Below, piece by piece: positions 18,948 through 28,623 of a stretch of 64,000 nucleotides of DNA. Numbering within the stretch: the stretch's first letter is position 1; the number at the start of each line of letters is the position of its first letter. Below the pieces are notes generated by a model. That model was not told where the DNA came from, did not search any database, and worked only from the letters and a program-made list of their open reading frames with translations. The DNA comes from Candidatus Heimdallarchaeota archaeon. Lineage in GTDB: Archaea > Asgardarchaeota > Heimdallarchaeia > Hodarchaeales > Hodarchaeaceae. The stretch covers positions 18,009-82,008 of the forward strand of contig JBHLSH010000002.1 in NCBI GenBank assembly GCA_048881705.1. Direction: 5' to 3'. Both the position numbers and the translations under genes were made by a program.

Positions 18948-19298
18948 TTAAGTGTCGGATCCAAGCGCCATTTCTCTTATGGTTTCCCTTCCAAAGCTAG
19001 AAAGCCTAAAAATCCTTACGATTTTTTGGCCTGCGATCTCAACGTTACTTCTGCCATGGTAATTAATAGTCTGTCTCTGGATGGCAGGTACATGCTCGAT
19101 CAAACCTTTCGCCTCCAGTCCACCGAGAGAGAGTAAAGTTTTTTCAAATGATAGCTGGGATTTTTCCATGATTTTCTTGTACGGCAATCCAATGAAAACT
19201 CCATTCCCACGCTCTTCGGTAACCAAATATTCAGACGGATCAAGGTAATTAAGAGCAAGGACCTCCAGAATCGTGCGCATGTCATTACTTAACTCCAT
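18948..19298 (-). CDS. Winged helix-turn-helix protein (paralog B)
   Basis: YKKIMEKSQLSFEKTLLSLGGLEAKGLI...RIFRLSSFGRE; clear paralog of 18375..18743. Confidence 0.7.
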   Translation of the reverse strand: MELSNDMRTILEVLALNYLDPSEYLVTEERGNGVFIGLPYKKIMEKSQLSFEKTLLSLGGLEAKGLIEHVPAIQRQTINYHGRSNVEIAGQKIVRIFRLSSFGRETIREMALGSDT

Positions 19299-19433
19299 CT
19301 ACGACACTGATCCTCAGGTTTCACACTTGCTTAGTTTTCCTCTTGAATTTTTTTTTAAGCCTTCTTGAGTTCCTATTTCTGGTAATGATAAAGTAAATAC
19401 TATTAGAACGGCAAGGATGTCGTACAAGTTACC

Positions 19434-19970
19434 TCAGTCAACTGAGACAACGAGCTGATCAATAGGGATACGTCTACTAGGAATAGGTTTATCCTCAGCG
19501 GAGTATCCAATAGCGATGAGCGCAATAGGTCGTTCAATAAATTGTGCTGGAACATGGGGTTTAAGGATATTAATGACTTCATGTTCTGAGAAAGCCCCAA
19601 CCCAAACAGAGGCAAGACCGACGTTGGTACAAGCCAACTGTAAGTACGCAGCAATAATAGTAGCATCCTGGAGGGCATATAGAGTACGACCCCGTTCATG
19701 ATATCTCGGGCTCGAAATCGATGGAGCCGCCGAAACTACAATCACAATGGGAGCTTGATTCAAGAAATCCTGATCAAGAGCTGCGCGTGCTAATTGCTGA
19801 CGCAAACGGCTATTTTTGACCAATATTAATCGCCCGGCTTGCAAATTACCTGCACTAGGAGCTCGTTGGCTTAATCGGATTACATCTTGGAGTTTATCGT
19901 CAGAAACGTGTTTTCCTGTAAAAAACGATCGACAGGAAAAACGTTCTTTGATTACTGTTTCAAATTCCAC
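19434..19970 (-). CDS. Nitroreductase family protein
   Basis: RFSCRSF, RAPSAGNLQ and GLASVWVGAF motifs. Start placed at GTG 19970 after GAGGT; the ORF track extends to 20066. Confidence 0.9.
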   Translation of the reverse strand: MEFETVIKERFSCRSFFTGKHVSDDKLQDVIRLSQRAPSAGNLQAGRLILVKNSRLRQQLARAALDQDFLNQAPIVIVVSAAPSISSPRYHERGRTLYALQDATIIAAYLQLACTNVGLASVWVGAFSEHEVINILKPHVPAQFIERPIALIAIGYSAEDKPIPSRRIPIDQLVVSVD

Positions 19971-20125
19971 GAAAATTACCTCGAAACGTATCCTTGTGAG
20001 TGACCTGGAGGATCTCTGAATCGTTTTTCGATCTTTCCTTGTCCAAATGAGGTTCCCAGATAACATGAAGGATAACGGATATCATTTGGATGGCGTTTTC
20101 CAAAATAAGGTTTTGAGATTAGAAC

Positions 20126-21010
20126 CTAAAGTTGCTTAGTATAATATACTGATTCGCTAGTTTCCCTAAAATTAAATTGTTTGAAGTAATCCACTTGTGA
20201 ATCATTTTCATTTAGTGTAGTGCTACAGTACTGATATTGACGATTCCCTAATTCCCGAATTGTTGCTTGAAGTAATTCTGAACTTGCTTCAGGAAAATCA
20301 CTATGGATGGCAAATAGCATGATTTCTGAGTATCCCGTATCATCTCTACTAGCCATTCCACTTATTCCAACTGCTTTGCTATTGGATTTAATTTTAGTCT
20401 GGATTATACAGTCGAGATCTAAATCTGAATCATAATATTGGATAATGTCATTGTCATCTTCCTTTTTTAATCGGGAATCATACTTGGTAATCTTTAGAAT
20501 ATCTTGACCAATAGAATCCAAAATCGAATGTTCAAATCTCGGATCGAAATCATATTCATTCTGGGTTTTTAATTCCCGTATGAAAATTGGATAGGATCGT
20601 GAGCGAGAAAATCCTTTTTCCTCGAAAAAACATATCTGGTCTATCCATTCTTTCCTGAACCGTTGAATAAAGAATCTTGAGTTAAAATTGTTTATAGCAT
20701 AGTTATAGACTGTATCAAACAAATGGTTTTGGATTTCACCACTTTTAATTTTGTATAGATTTGGTAACATCCAAGGATAACCTATTGGTGTTTCATTATT
20801 CCAATTAACACAACTTTCATATCCAATGGGTTCATCTCCATCATAAGCAAACAATTTACTGTTCGGATCAAAATTTGGTCTGCTGAAAAATCTTTCTTGG
20901 GTTTTATTTGGTTTCCAAGCCCATAGCAAACCTTTGGTTGCTTGAAGAAAAATGGATCTTTGAATGTCAAAATCAGATTCATTTTTGAACGGCCTATAAC
21001 CTATAGCCAT
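20126..21010 (-). CDS. GNAT family acetyltransferase (tandem GNAT-like)
   Basis: LFAYDGDEPIGY, FFEEKGF and YFKQFNF patterns in two halves. Confidence 0.7.
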   Translation of the reverse strand: MAIGYRPFKNESDFDIQRSIFLQATKGLLWAWKPNKTQERFFSRPNFDPNSKLFAYDGDEPIGYESCVNWNNETPIGYPWMLPNLYKIKSGEIQNHLFDTVYNYAINNFNSRFFIQRFRKEWIDQICFFEEKGFSRSRSYPIFIRELKTQNEYDFDPRFEHSILDSIGQDILKITKYDSRLKKEDDNDIIQYYDSDLDLDCIIQTKIKSNSKAVGISGMASRDDTGYSEIMLFAIHSDFPEASSELLQATIRELGNRQYQYCSTTLNENDSQVDYFKQFNFRETSESVYYTKQL

Positions 21011-21312
21011 TTTTGCTTCTCCTTAAACAGCTGTAAATCCTTTTATGATTTGAAAAATTGAATCTTGTTTTTCAGTTTTTTCAAATCCTGAAGAGATTTC
21101 TATTGCGTTTGTTCGATGACCTATAATCGCGAATCAGGGCTTAAATGTTAGAAAATATTCTAAAATCGTAATTAAAATGTCTTTGAAATCCCTGGGTGAC
21201 CACATTGAGTATAAAAGCGAAGAACTGTAGTTTTTTAAGTTTCAAATTGAGGATACACGTTTTTCGAGAATTATGAGGAGGGGTTAGTTTTTATAGAATT
21301 ATCTAGATTCTT

Positions 21313-22602
21313 TTGGATGACAACTTTCGAGGACGAGATCATTTGGTCGAGGTGAATAAATCGCTGGCGGAGCAATTACCAAAGAAACGGTCGAACTTGC
21401 TAAGCCGCGCGAAGAATTTCATTTTCTCAACAGCTGTTGGGGATAGTGCATCAAAATTATGTCGGCTTAATTTTCAGTTTGGATTAGCCAAAATGCATCT
21501 TGTCCAAGAGGATTTGGGACTTCAAAGCGATGCTTCCTTTATTTCGGCCCCTGATTGCACGATTTCGCGAAATGTTCATCGCTGGCGTAATGGAATCGGC
21601 TACGGAGGTAAGGTTACATGGGGAGACGGCGCACACCCTCTCGTTTTCATCGATACTATGCCCAATGCTTGTGGAATGCTGGTAGGGGCTCTAGAAGAAC
21701 CTCCTGATCCTACTAAATTGATACAAAGAATCCATGAGATGAATGATTCATCTGGTGAAGTGGAAATTGCTGGTGTACCCCTCCACTGGAATTATGGAGC
21801 AGGAAATCACTTTATTAATGTATTCGATGTTGTACCCAATCCCGCGGTCGCAACTTCTGTAGAATTTCCCCCTCATGCTTTCATCACCCATTCTTCACCG
21901 AGTGAGCTGAAGAATGATAATAATCCAAAAAACCTCGGATTCTACTATCACAAAAGCAAGCGTCTGCAAGAAATTGCAGAAGTCTTTGAAACCCCCTTTG
22001 GTGACATAAACTACCTTATCGATGATGCAGCATTAAAATATTATGAATTTTATAAATGGGCAGAAGAATTTGGAGCAAAACGTCGGGAATTAGCCGCGAA
22101 TCTCCTTTTTGAAGATGGATACAAAATTATCTCGAATCATTGCCATCAAGGAATGGTTCATCCAAATGAAGTCGTTTTGGGGAGCCATGTATTCAAGACA
22201 AATGATCCAGAGTTCTATCCATTAACCTTAAGAGCAGATCTACCCTGCTATCTGATGAGAGGGATCCCTAATTTTACCGAGGAAGCCTTAGAAACCTTAA
22301 ATTTTCGAGAAAGAAGTCAACATTTAGGATTGGAAGAACGTCTCCTAAATGCCAACATTTTACCTCACGGGGGCGGTTATACATTTCCACATATAGTTTC
22401 AGTTCCAGAAATCTTTGAAACTGTGGAGAAACGGAGGTATTTCTCCGTTGACATGGGAACAGGGATCGGAACCTTGATATTTGAATCTCCCCGAGAGCTC
22501 CAGTTTTCTTATCGGGGACGTAACGTTGTTATTCATACTGTAGAACTGGGACTAGGTGAAATTGTTGCACAAATGGTCCCACGATATGCACTAAAGATAT
22601 GA
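21313..22602 (+). CDS. Divergent RtcB-like 3'-phosphate/2',3'-cyclic-phosphate RNA ligase
   Basis: In order: APD, NACG, GAGNHF, THS, H(CH), PHGGG and penultimate Lys. These mirror RtcB MPD / DxxCG / GxGNHF / HxGS / HN / HGAG / C-terminal K. Confidence 0.7.
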   Translation: MDDNFRGRDHLVEVNKSLAEQLPKKRSNLLSRAKNFIFSTAVGDSASKLCRLNFQFGLAKMHLVQEDLGLQSDASFISAPDCTISRNVHRWRNGIGYGGKVTWGDGAHPLVFIDTMPNACGMLVGALEEPPDPTKLIQRIHEMNDSSGEVEIAGVPLHWNYGAGNHFINVFDVVPNPAVATSVEFPPHAFITHSSPSELKNDNNPKNLGFYYHKSKRLQEIAEVFETPFGDINYLIDDAALKYYEFYKWAEEFGAKRRELAANLLFEDGYKIISNHCHQGMVHPNEVVLGSHVFKTNDPEFYPLTLRADLPCYLMRGIPNFTEEALETLNFRERSQHLGLEERLLNANILPHGGGYTFPHIVSVPEIFETVEKRRYFSVDMGTGIGTLIFESPRELQFSYRGRNVVIHTVELGLGEIVAQMVPRYALKI

Positions 22603-22907
22603 AGAACGTTTTTTGGTCCTTCGACGGGTATGAGTGGGAAACATCGATTCAAATCTCAATTAGATCTTAAAAAAGGCGCTGTGATCCCTATTCATATCCT
22701 CATCGGAATTCATGAAAGATGAGTCCTTTATTATTTCTCTCCAGGCGATTGTTGTGATATTTCATCATTAACTCTGGAAATACAAACACAACAGAATTTG
22801 AAGTACTTCAATGCTTTCAGATTCCCATGCGCCTACCAGTTAATAAATCGAAACGGTGCCTCCTTTTCTGCATCAAAGTTGCCTCCTAATTACATGAGTG
22901 AACCTAG

Positions 22908-25877
22908 ATGAACAATTCTGGTAACACTTTTTGGGGATTTATAGAGCAGAGCATTAAAGGGTTTCGTTTTCGGTTATTCCTCTTTATCTTCGTAATTTAT
23001 ATTGCAGGGGCGACGCTCGATGTTACTAATACCAACCCAGGTTCGCGTTTCATGTTAACGAAGGCAATTGCCAAGTATGGTGAATTTTCAATCCGCCCTG
23101 AGGATCAAGAAAGGTACAGTTACTTGGATTACTCGGTTTTTAACGGCAGCATTTTTTCCGATAAAGCCCCGGGAATCTCTTTGTTGGGAGTCCCTATTTA
23201 TTGGATAGGAGAATTTTTCGCAGTAAACCTATTGGGAGTGGATCCGAACAACTGGCAACTTGTAGACGATGTCATCAAGTTTCTGTTCATGTTTTGTGTC
23301 CTAGCTTTTGGTGCATTTGTGACAGTAAAAATGTACGACCTATTACATATGGTCAATGTATCCCATAGGAATGCCCACATAACAGCAGTCTTTTTTGGAC
23401 TAGGAAGTTTGTTTTACGTTTACATTGGTACTCTCTTCTCTCATGGCATAACTGCGGGATTTCTTGTTCTTGTACTCTATTACGGTACCTCCTTCCGTCA
23501 AGAACTCAAAGCAAACTCTCTCTTATGGAGTTCGATTTTTTCGGGATTCGCAATTGTTTGTGATTATGTTCTCCTTTTCTTATTGCCCTTCTTCTTTTTA
23601 TACATCTTTATACCTTTCCACTGGAATTTGAAAGATATGAAGAGATATTGGAAGGCGTATCTGAAGAGCTATGGCTCATTTCTAACGCTGTACATCATTC
23701 CATTAGTACTGTGCGGTTTCTTGGTTCTTTTCTACAATTTTGCGGCGTTTGGAGACCCATTTACGACTCCTTATAGTTACTCTCAAGCTTTCTGGGACAA
23801 ACAACACTTCGCAAACTCACAACAATATGGATTTGATGTCTTAGTGTTCTCACGGCACCATGGCCTCTTAGCATTCATGCCAATTCTCTTGGTGTCTGTT
23901 TTTGGGCTCTTCTTCATGTTGAAACGTACCCCAGCATTGGCAGTTCTGACCATTACAATTCCATGTTGGATACTACTGTTATATAGTAAATATTTCCTGC
24001 CTTCAGGAGGACTGGCTTATGGCCCCCGCCATCTTGTGTCTATCACACCTTTCTTAATTATCCCATTAGCATTCTTACTGGATGCCCGCCGCTCACCTTC
24101 ACCATTCTCCTCAATGAGAAATCTGATTTCATCGATTTTTGTTTTAATTCTAAAAATAGGAAGTCTGGTTCTTGGTTTGCTAACTTTTTTGATTTCTTTT
24201 GCTGGCGCATGGGTAGGAGTGTATCCTTTGGGTGGAGAAGGAATGCTCGATCCTATTTGGGGAACGGCCGATCAAATTGGCCATATGGACGTTCTATTGA
24301 GCTGGTTTCAATTATCCATCGAGACCCATGGGCGAATATCAATCGAGGTTTTAAACGGGGTCTATGAAGGTGGTTTTCAATTGGATTTCATATTATTTAG
24401 GTTTAAAGTGTATCTTACGGGATTTGTCGCTTCGTCTCTGGCAAGGGGAGAAGTCAATGTCTTTGTAGCTCTATTATTTCTCGGAATTCTTGTCAACCCC
24501 TATTTATCTCCTTTGGAAATTGCTGATAGACTTGCAAAAAGAATCGCTCCTTGGACTCAGTTGCAAAACCAGAAAAGGTTACTAACTGGATTTATAGCTG
24601 CTCTCGCAGGGATGATTGCACTATTTACAATATGGTTTACGCTAGAATTAGTAGCTCCTCTTGGACAGGTTAGTCGGTCGTCGCTTTTTATCTTTGAATC
24701 AGAAATGACTAGGCTATACAAACAGATCGAACACATACCGCTAATTAACTATGTCTTCGCCGGAATAGGATTTTCTATTTTGTTCATTTTAAAATTGATA
24801 CTTTTATCAACAGTCGAATTTGCATTGGGAACCTTAGTGTTAATCTCCGCGATTTTTGTTTCTGTAACGACGATTACTTGGATTCCTTTTAGGCAGATTC
24901 AGATCCTGGATAAAATTCAAGAATCTAACACCTTAAAGCCCATGATCAATAAGAATGCGGGTCAGATACCGACTCAATATTGGCATCATTTTTCGATCTT
25001 TCAGCCATATCTAAAAACAAGTTTTCTGAGTTCTGCACTTTATATGTTAATATGGGGTTATATCGTCGTATTTAAAGTTTCTAATCTTTCTTTTTACTCT
25101 AATCTCGCAATAATTGTGTATTCAGTGGTGTTCGCAATACTCGTCACGGTTGCATTAACTCCCTTTCTAATGAATACCCCCAGTAAAGATCAAAGGAAAT
25201 CACAAGATTTCCCTACCCAGAAGATTTCTCAATCGACACCCACTCCTCAGTCACCCGGTATTCCTTTTCACCAGATTCCTTTGATTTTCCTTTCCTTTGT
25301 GACAATTATCTTAATAGGTGGTCACATCTTACTAGATGTCCTCTCTAAAGGGATGAGTCTTTCTGATTTTCTTTTTTTATTACCCCCCACATCCCTAACT
25401 AGCGTAAGGGATTGGTTTATCCCTGTGGAATACCCAATACCGGTTTTCTTAACAATTGCCTTCATTCTTGTATTGATTATAGTTTTAATTGGACTTTATC
25501 CTGTCGCTGCAGAATTTGGAGGCTGGAGAATCAAATTACCTACGATTCCAAGCGAGGTCCAGCTCAAATTGGAGACGAAAGGATCCCACCTTTCTCGTTT
25601 TCAAAGTATCCTTTTTTTTGGTTTTTTACTTATTTTATTCGACTTCTTGCTACTGACAAACTTGTACGCAACTTTGTCAACTGTTCCTGACCCGAATCTT
25701 CTACCAAAACCATGGGAGGATTATCCAGAGGAAGTAGTTCTCTTGGGGTGCATAATCCTAGGATATGCCATTTCGTTAATCTGGGCAGGAATAGAGTATG
25801 TGCAATCGATACGCTCTTCCAGTCATAACGGAAACCTTAGTCACGCAATGGTCGATTTTAATATTGTTGATCCATAA
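22908..25877 (+). CDS. Large polytopic membrane protein with N-terminal GT-C glycosyltransferase-like domain
   Basis: SRFMLTKAIAK, FSDKAPG and GGLAYGPRHL; more than 20 hydrophobic segments. Confidence 0.7.
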   Translation: MNNSGNTFWGFIEQSIKGFRFRLFLFIFVIYIAGATLDVTNTNPGSRFMLTKAIAKYGEFSIRPEDQERYSYLDYSVFNGSIFSDKAPGISLLGVPIYWIGEFFAVNLLGVDPNNWQLVDDVIKFLFMFCVLAFGAFVTVKMYDLLHMVNVSHRNAHITAVFFGLGSLFYVYIGTLFSHGITAGFLVLVLYYGTSFRQELKANSLLWSSIFSGFAIVCDYVLLFLLPFFFLYIFIPFHWNLKDMKRYWKAYLKSYGSFLTLYIIPLVLCGFLVLFYNFAAFGDPFTTPYSYSQAFWDKQHFANSQQYGFDVLVFSRHHGLLAFMPILLVSVFGLFFMLKRTPALAVLTITIPCWILLLYSKYFLPSGGLAYGPRHLVSITPFLIIPLAFLLDARRSPSPFSSMRNLISSIFVLILKIGSLVLGLLTFLISFAGAWVGVYPLGGEGMLDPIWGTADQIGHMDVLLSWFQLSIETHGRISIEVLNGVYEGGFQLDFILFRFKVYLTGFVASSLARGEVNVFVALLFLGILVNPYLSPLEIADRLAKRIAPWTQLQNQKRLLTGFIAALAGMIALFTIWFTLELVAPLGQVSRSSLFIFESEMTRLYKQIEHIPLINYVFAGIGFSILFILKLILLSTVEFALGTLVLISAIFVSVTTITWIPFRQIQILDKIQESNTLKPMINKNAGQIPTQYWHHFSIFQPYLKTSFLSSALYMLIWGYIVVFKVSNLSFYSNLAIIVYSVVFAILVTVALTPFLMNTPSKDQRKSQDFPTQKISQSTPTPQSPGIPFHQIPLIFLSFVTIILIGGHILLDVLSKGMSLSDFLFLLPPTSLTSVRDWFIPVEYPIPVFLTIAFILVLIIVLIGLYPVAAEFGGWRIKLPTIPSEVQLKLETKGSHLSRFQSILFFGFLLILFDFLLLTNLYATLSTVPDPNLLPKPWEDYPEEVVLLGCIILGYAISLIWAGIEYVQSIRSSSHNGNLSHAMVDFNIVDP

Positions 25878-26026
25878 GGATGGTCAAGTACGAGTTGTAA
25901 AGAGTGATCAAATTTGACATGGGCGATTTTGTTTTCAGATTAACCACAAGGGCGAACCCATTTCCCTAACGGGGGTAACACCTTGTGTCGAGAAAAATGG
26001 TAAGCGGAATTTCCTGTCTAATCACT

Positions 26027-27985
26027 CTACCTGCCCACAAATCGCTTTAATTTCTTGAATAGATTGTAATCATGAAATGCTGCTATTGTTAGGGCACCAA
26101 AATTACCGATGAATGCAATAAAAAGTATTTTCAAATGATTATTTTGAAAATGCAGAATAACTGTTGTTGGTTCTATGTCTTTAATTTCCATAAAGCCAAC
26201 TTCAGATTCTCGATCTACTTGATGACCGGAATGAGATTCCACAATCCATTTTGGATGATGGGCCACCTTGATTGTAAGATTAACAGTACTTTGATTGCTT
26301 GCCACGGATATCGAAATTTTATCTGGAGAAAGGTATTCTAGGTTTGCATTCCCAGACGGATAGACATCCACCAATGTAATATTTTCAGGTGTTTCCCATA
26401 ACCATTTACTCTGTTCATCATCAGTGGTAATCTTTTTCCAATCTCCAGCCAAGGAATAGTCGTTTTTTCCCGCTATCATCCATTTAACACCATATTTCTG
26501 GGGATTACCTATTACATCGGCAATAAGTGTAGAGTTTGGCCTGTATTTCTGTGTACTAGGAGGAGTATTTTGAAACCAGTTTAGTCGTACGCCGGGAGGG
26601 TTCCATCCATCAAAATAGGGTTTGTCTGCCAAGATTGGCAGAAAAGCCATGTGATCACCTTGGTATCCTTTGGGACATGCGTAGTATAGCCCCGCACGGT
26701 TTTTCAATTCCTCCGCCACTGGCACTAGGTCTCTCCATTGATTATCATCAAAATCTTGGTAACCATAGTTGACAATTCCATTCTGAGCTTCTGCCAATGG
26801 TAAAAGCAGCACGATCAATAGAAATACCGATGATCCCCACCCCCTGACCCCTCTTACTGCGATAAACACCACCAGGATGTGAGTTATTAGAATAAAACGC
26901 AATACGTCCATCCCTCGAAGCATTAAGGGCAACATGGCATTTGTCTCTTGATAAAACATTAAAATCCCTGTAAAAGCAATAAAGAAAGTTGCAATTGCCA
27001 GACCCATTTCATTTGTATTCAGCTTTTCGCTTTTCAGGGACAAAGCAAATAGTGCCAAGAACATGAATATGAAAATACTCAGGTAGCTGTAAATTATATC
27101 TCGTAAAACTCTTAAGAACCAATATATTTCTCCGGGTCCATCTGTAAAGACAGATAAGGATCGAGACGAGACAAGAATTAGCCCTATAGGCTGTTGAAAA
27201 AAATCAATCATCAAAAAGAATATCCAGCCAAATGGAATAAGCCAGGTACTGTTTCTTCTAATAAGGCGTGTTAGTTCACTTTTAAGAACATTCCATAATT
27301 GTTCGGGCTCATTCTGATCAATATTATTGGCTTTTTCCTCTGATGACGTTTGTAAGGGATTTGGGTTATCAGAATTATGCTTCAAGCCTTTTTTTGTTCT
27401 ATCAAAGAAATAGATTAGCTCTGTCAGGCTAACAATAACAAAAAAGAACCCAAACATCATGAAGTGAGTTAAACCTAGTAGACATGCCAATAAAATAGTG
27501 CTAGCTCGCTTGTTATCATAATAGAATCCCAATCCAATAACAAGCAGAGCAATTCCAATATGGGTGGGCGCTCGAGAATAGAACATGAAATTTGTATTTA
27601 GATTAGGTAGAGTCATGACGAACAAAGATCCGAGCAGAGAACTGACTTTATTTTTCCCGAGTCGTGTAGAGGCGAAAAAAACGGCTAAAGAAATTATCAG
27701 GTGAGCAATTATTAAGAAAATCACGTATGATTGATCTGATGCAAAAAATAAGCCCAAAATCCAAAGAAGGAAGGTAGTATTTGGAGGATATTGTTCCAAA
27801 AAGGGAGTTCCAGTGTACCAACTAGGATTCCACTCTCCATTAAGCCCATTTTCCTGAAAAAAGACTAATCGAAAAAGATGTGCTGAAAAATCGACTCCAG
27901 CTGGTCGTGAGAAGAAAAAAGGAAAATAAATCCATAACCATAGGAAAATGATGGCTAGAATCGCAATCAGATCTAGATGATCCAA
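26027..27985 (-). CDS. PTPS-related/YfhO-like GT-C membrane protein
   Basis: DFSAH...WNPSWYTGTPFLEQYPP N-terminal motif; multiple TMs, an extracellular domain and a C-terminal TM. Confidence 0.7.
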   Translation of the reverse strand: MDHLDLIAILAIIFLWLWIYFPFFFSRPAGVDFSAHLFRLVFFQENGLNGEWNPSWYTGTPFLEQYPPNTTFLLWILGLFFASDQSYVIFLIIAHLIISLAVFFASTRLGKNKVSSLLGSLFVMTLPNLNTNFMFYSRAPTHIGIALLVIGLGFYYDNKRASTILLACLLGLTHFMMFGFFFVIVSLTELIYFFDRTKKGLKHNSDNPNPLQTSSEEKANNIDQNEPEQLWNVLKSELTRLIRRNSTWLIPFGWIFFLMIDFFQQPIGLILVSSRSLSVFTDGPGEIYWFLRVLRDIIYSYLSIFIFMFLALFALSLKSEKLNTNEMGLAIATFFIAFTGILMFYQETNAMLPLMLRGMDVLRFILITHILVVFIAVRGVRGWGSSVFLLIVLLLPLAEAQNGIVNYGYQDFDDNQWRDLVPVAEELKNRAGLYYACPKGYQGDHMAFLPILADKPYFDGWNPPGVRLNWFQNTPPSTQKYRPNSTLIADVIGNPQKYGVKWMIAGKNDYSLAGDWKKITTDDEQSKWLWETPENITLVDVYPSGNANLEYLSPDKISISVASNQSTVNLTIKVAHHPKWIVESHSGHQVDRESEVGFMEIKDIEPTTVILHFQNNHLKILFIAFIGNFGALTIAAFHDYNLFKKLKRFVGR

Positions 27986-28157
27986 AAAAAAGCTCTTCAG
28001 ATCATTTGCTACAAATTTTCCCTTTTTGAATTTTATAGTGTGTCCTCCTTTGATCTAGGAATATCTTGATAAAATCCATTCCTCATGATATGAAACGAGA
28101 GTCCAATTAATCTTATTTAAATATCTGGGTACAAATGAATCTCCAAACCATCTCACA

Positions 28158-28514
28158 TTAATGAAGTTCGTTTGGATTCACCAGTTGGAACCAATGACCA
28201 TCTGGATCCGTAAATGTTAGGCAGTTTTTACTTCCATCTATTCCCTTGAATACTAATCCTTTGGTTTTCAACATACTTGATGATTTTTCTAAGTTGTCAG
28301 TATACAAAACTAACCCTACTGATGTTTCTTGATAGTCTTGAACCTTATGAGGGAATCCTTGTCTTAACAGTATCTCTGTTTCCCCTAATTTTATCCAGAC
28401 TACATCTTTTTGTTTCGTCACTAGCTCAAAATTCAATATATCGCAAAAAAAGTCTTTAGATGCATTGATATCCCTCACAAATAGTTCAATATGACCAATT
28501 TTCATATTTATCAT
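28158..28514 (-). CDS. VOC/glyoxalase family protein
   Basis: IGHIELFVRD, FFCDILNF and FTDPDGHWFQL. Confidence 0.9.
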   Translation of the reverse strand: MINMKIGHIELFVRDINASKDFFCDILNFELVTKQKDVVWIKLGETEILLRQGFPHKVQDYQETSVGLVLYTDNLEKSSSMLKTKGLVFKGIDGSKNCLTFTDPDGHWFQLVNPNELH

Positions 28515-28623
28515 CTTTTTATTTAGTAATTATTTGATTGAATAGCAGTTGTTATCTATTGCGTTTTTTTACTGAATTCCAGCTCAAAGGCTATATCTGG
28601 ATTCAAACCTGTTCCGTTATCGA

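Noticed and set aside
22600-22720. UGA readthrough (selenocysteine) at the RtcB-like stop
   Set aside because: The penultimate Lys matches the natural RtcB C-terminus, and the short downstream frame has no motif.
22798-22811. 14-bp perfect palindrome TTGAAGTACTTCAA
   Set aside because: Several such palindromes are expected by chance in 64 kb of AT-rich DNA; no supporting context.
28590-28615. tRNA T-loop-like GGTTTGAATCC on the minus strand
   Set aside because: Lacks the TTC and the surrounding cloverleaf; no tRNA, rRNA or CRISPR array was detected anywhere in the window.
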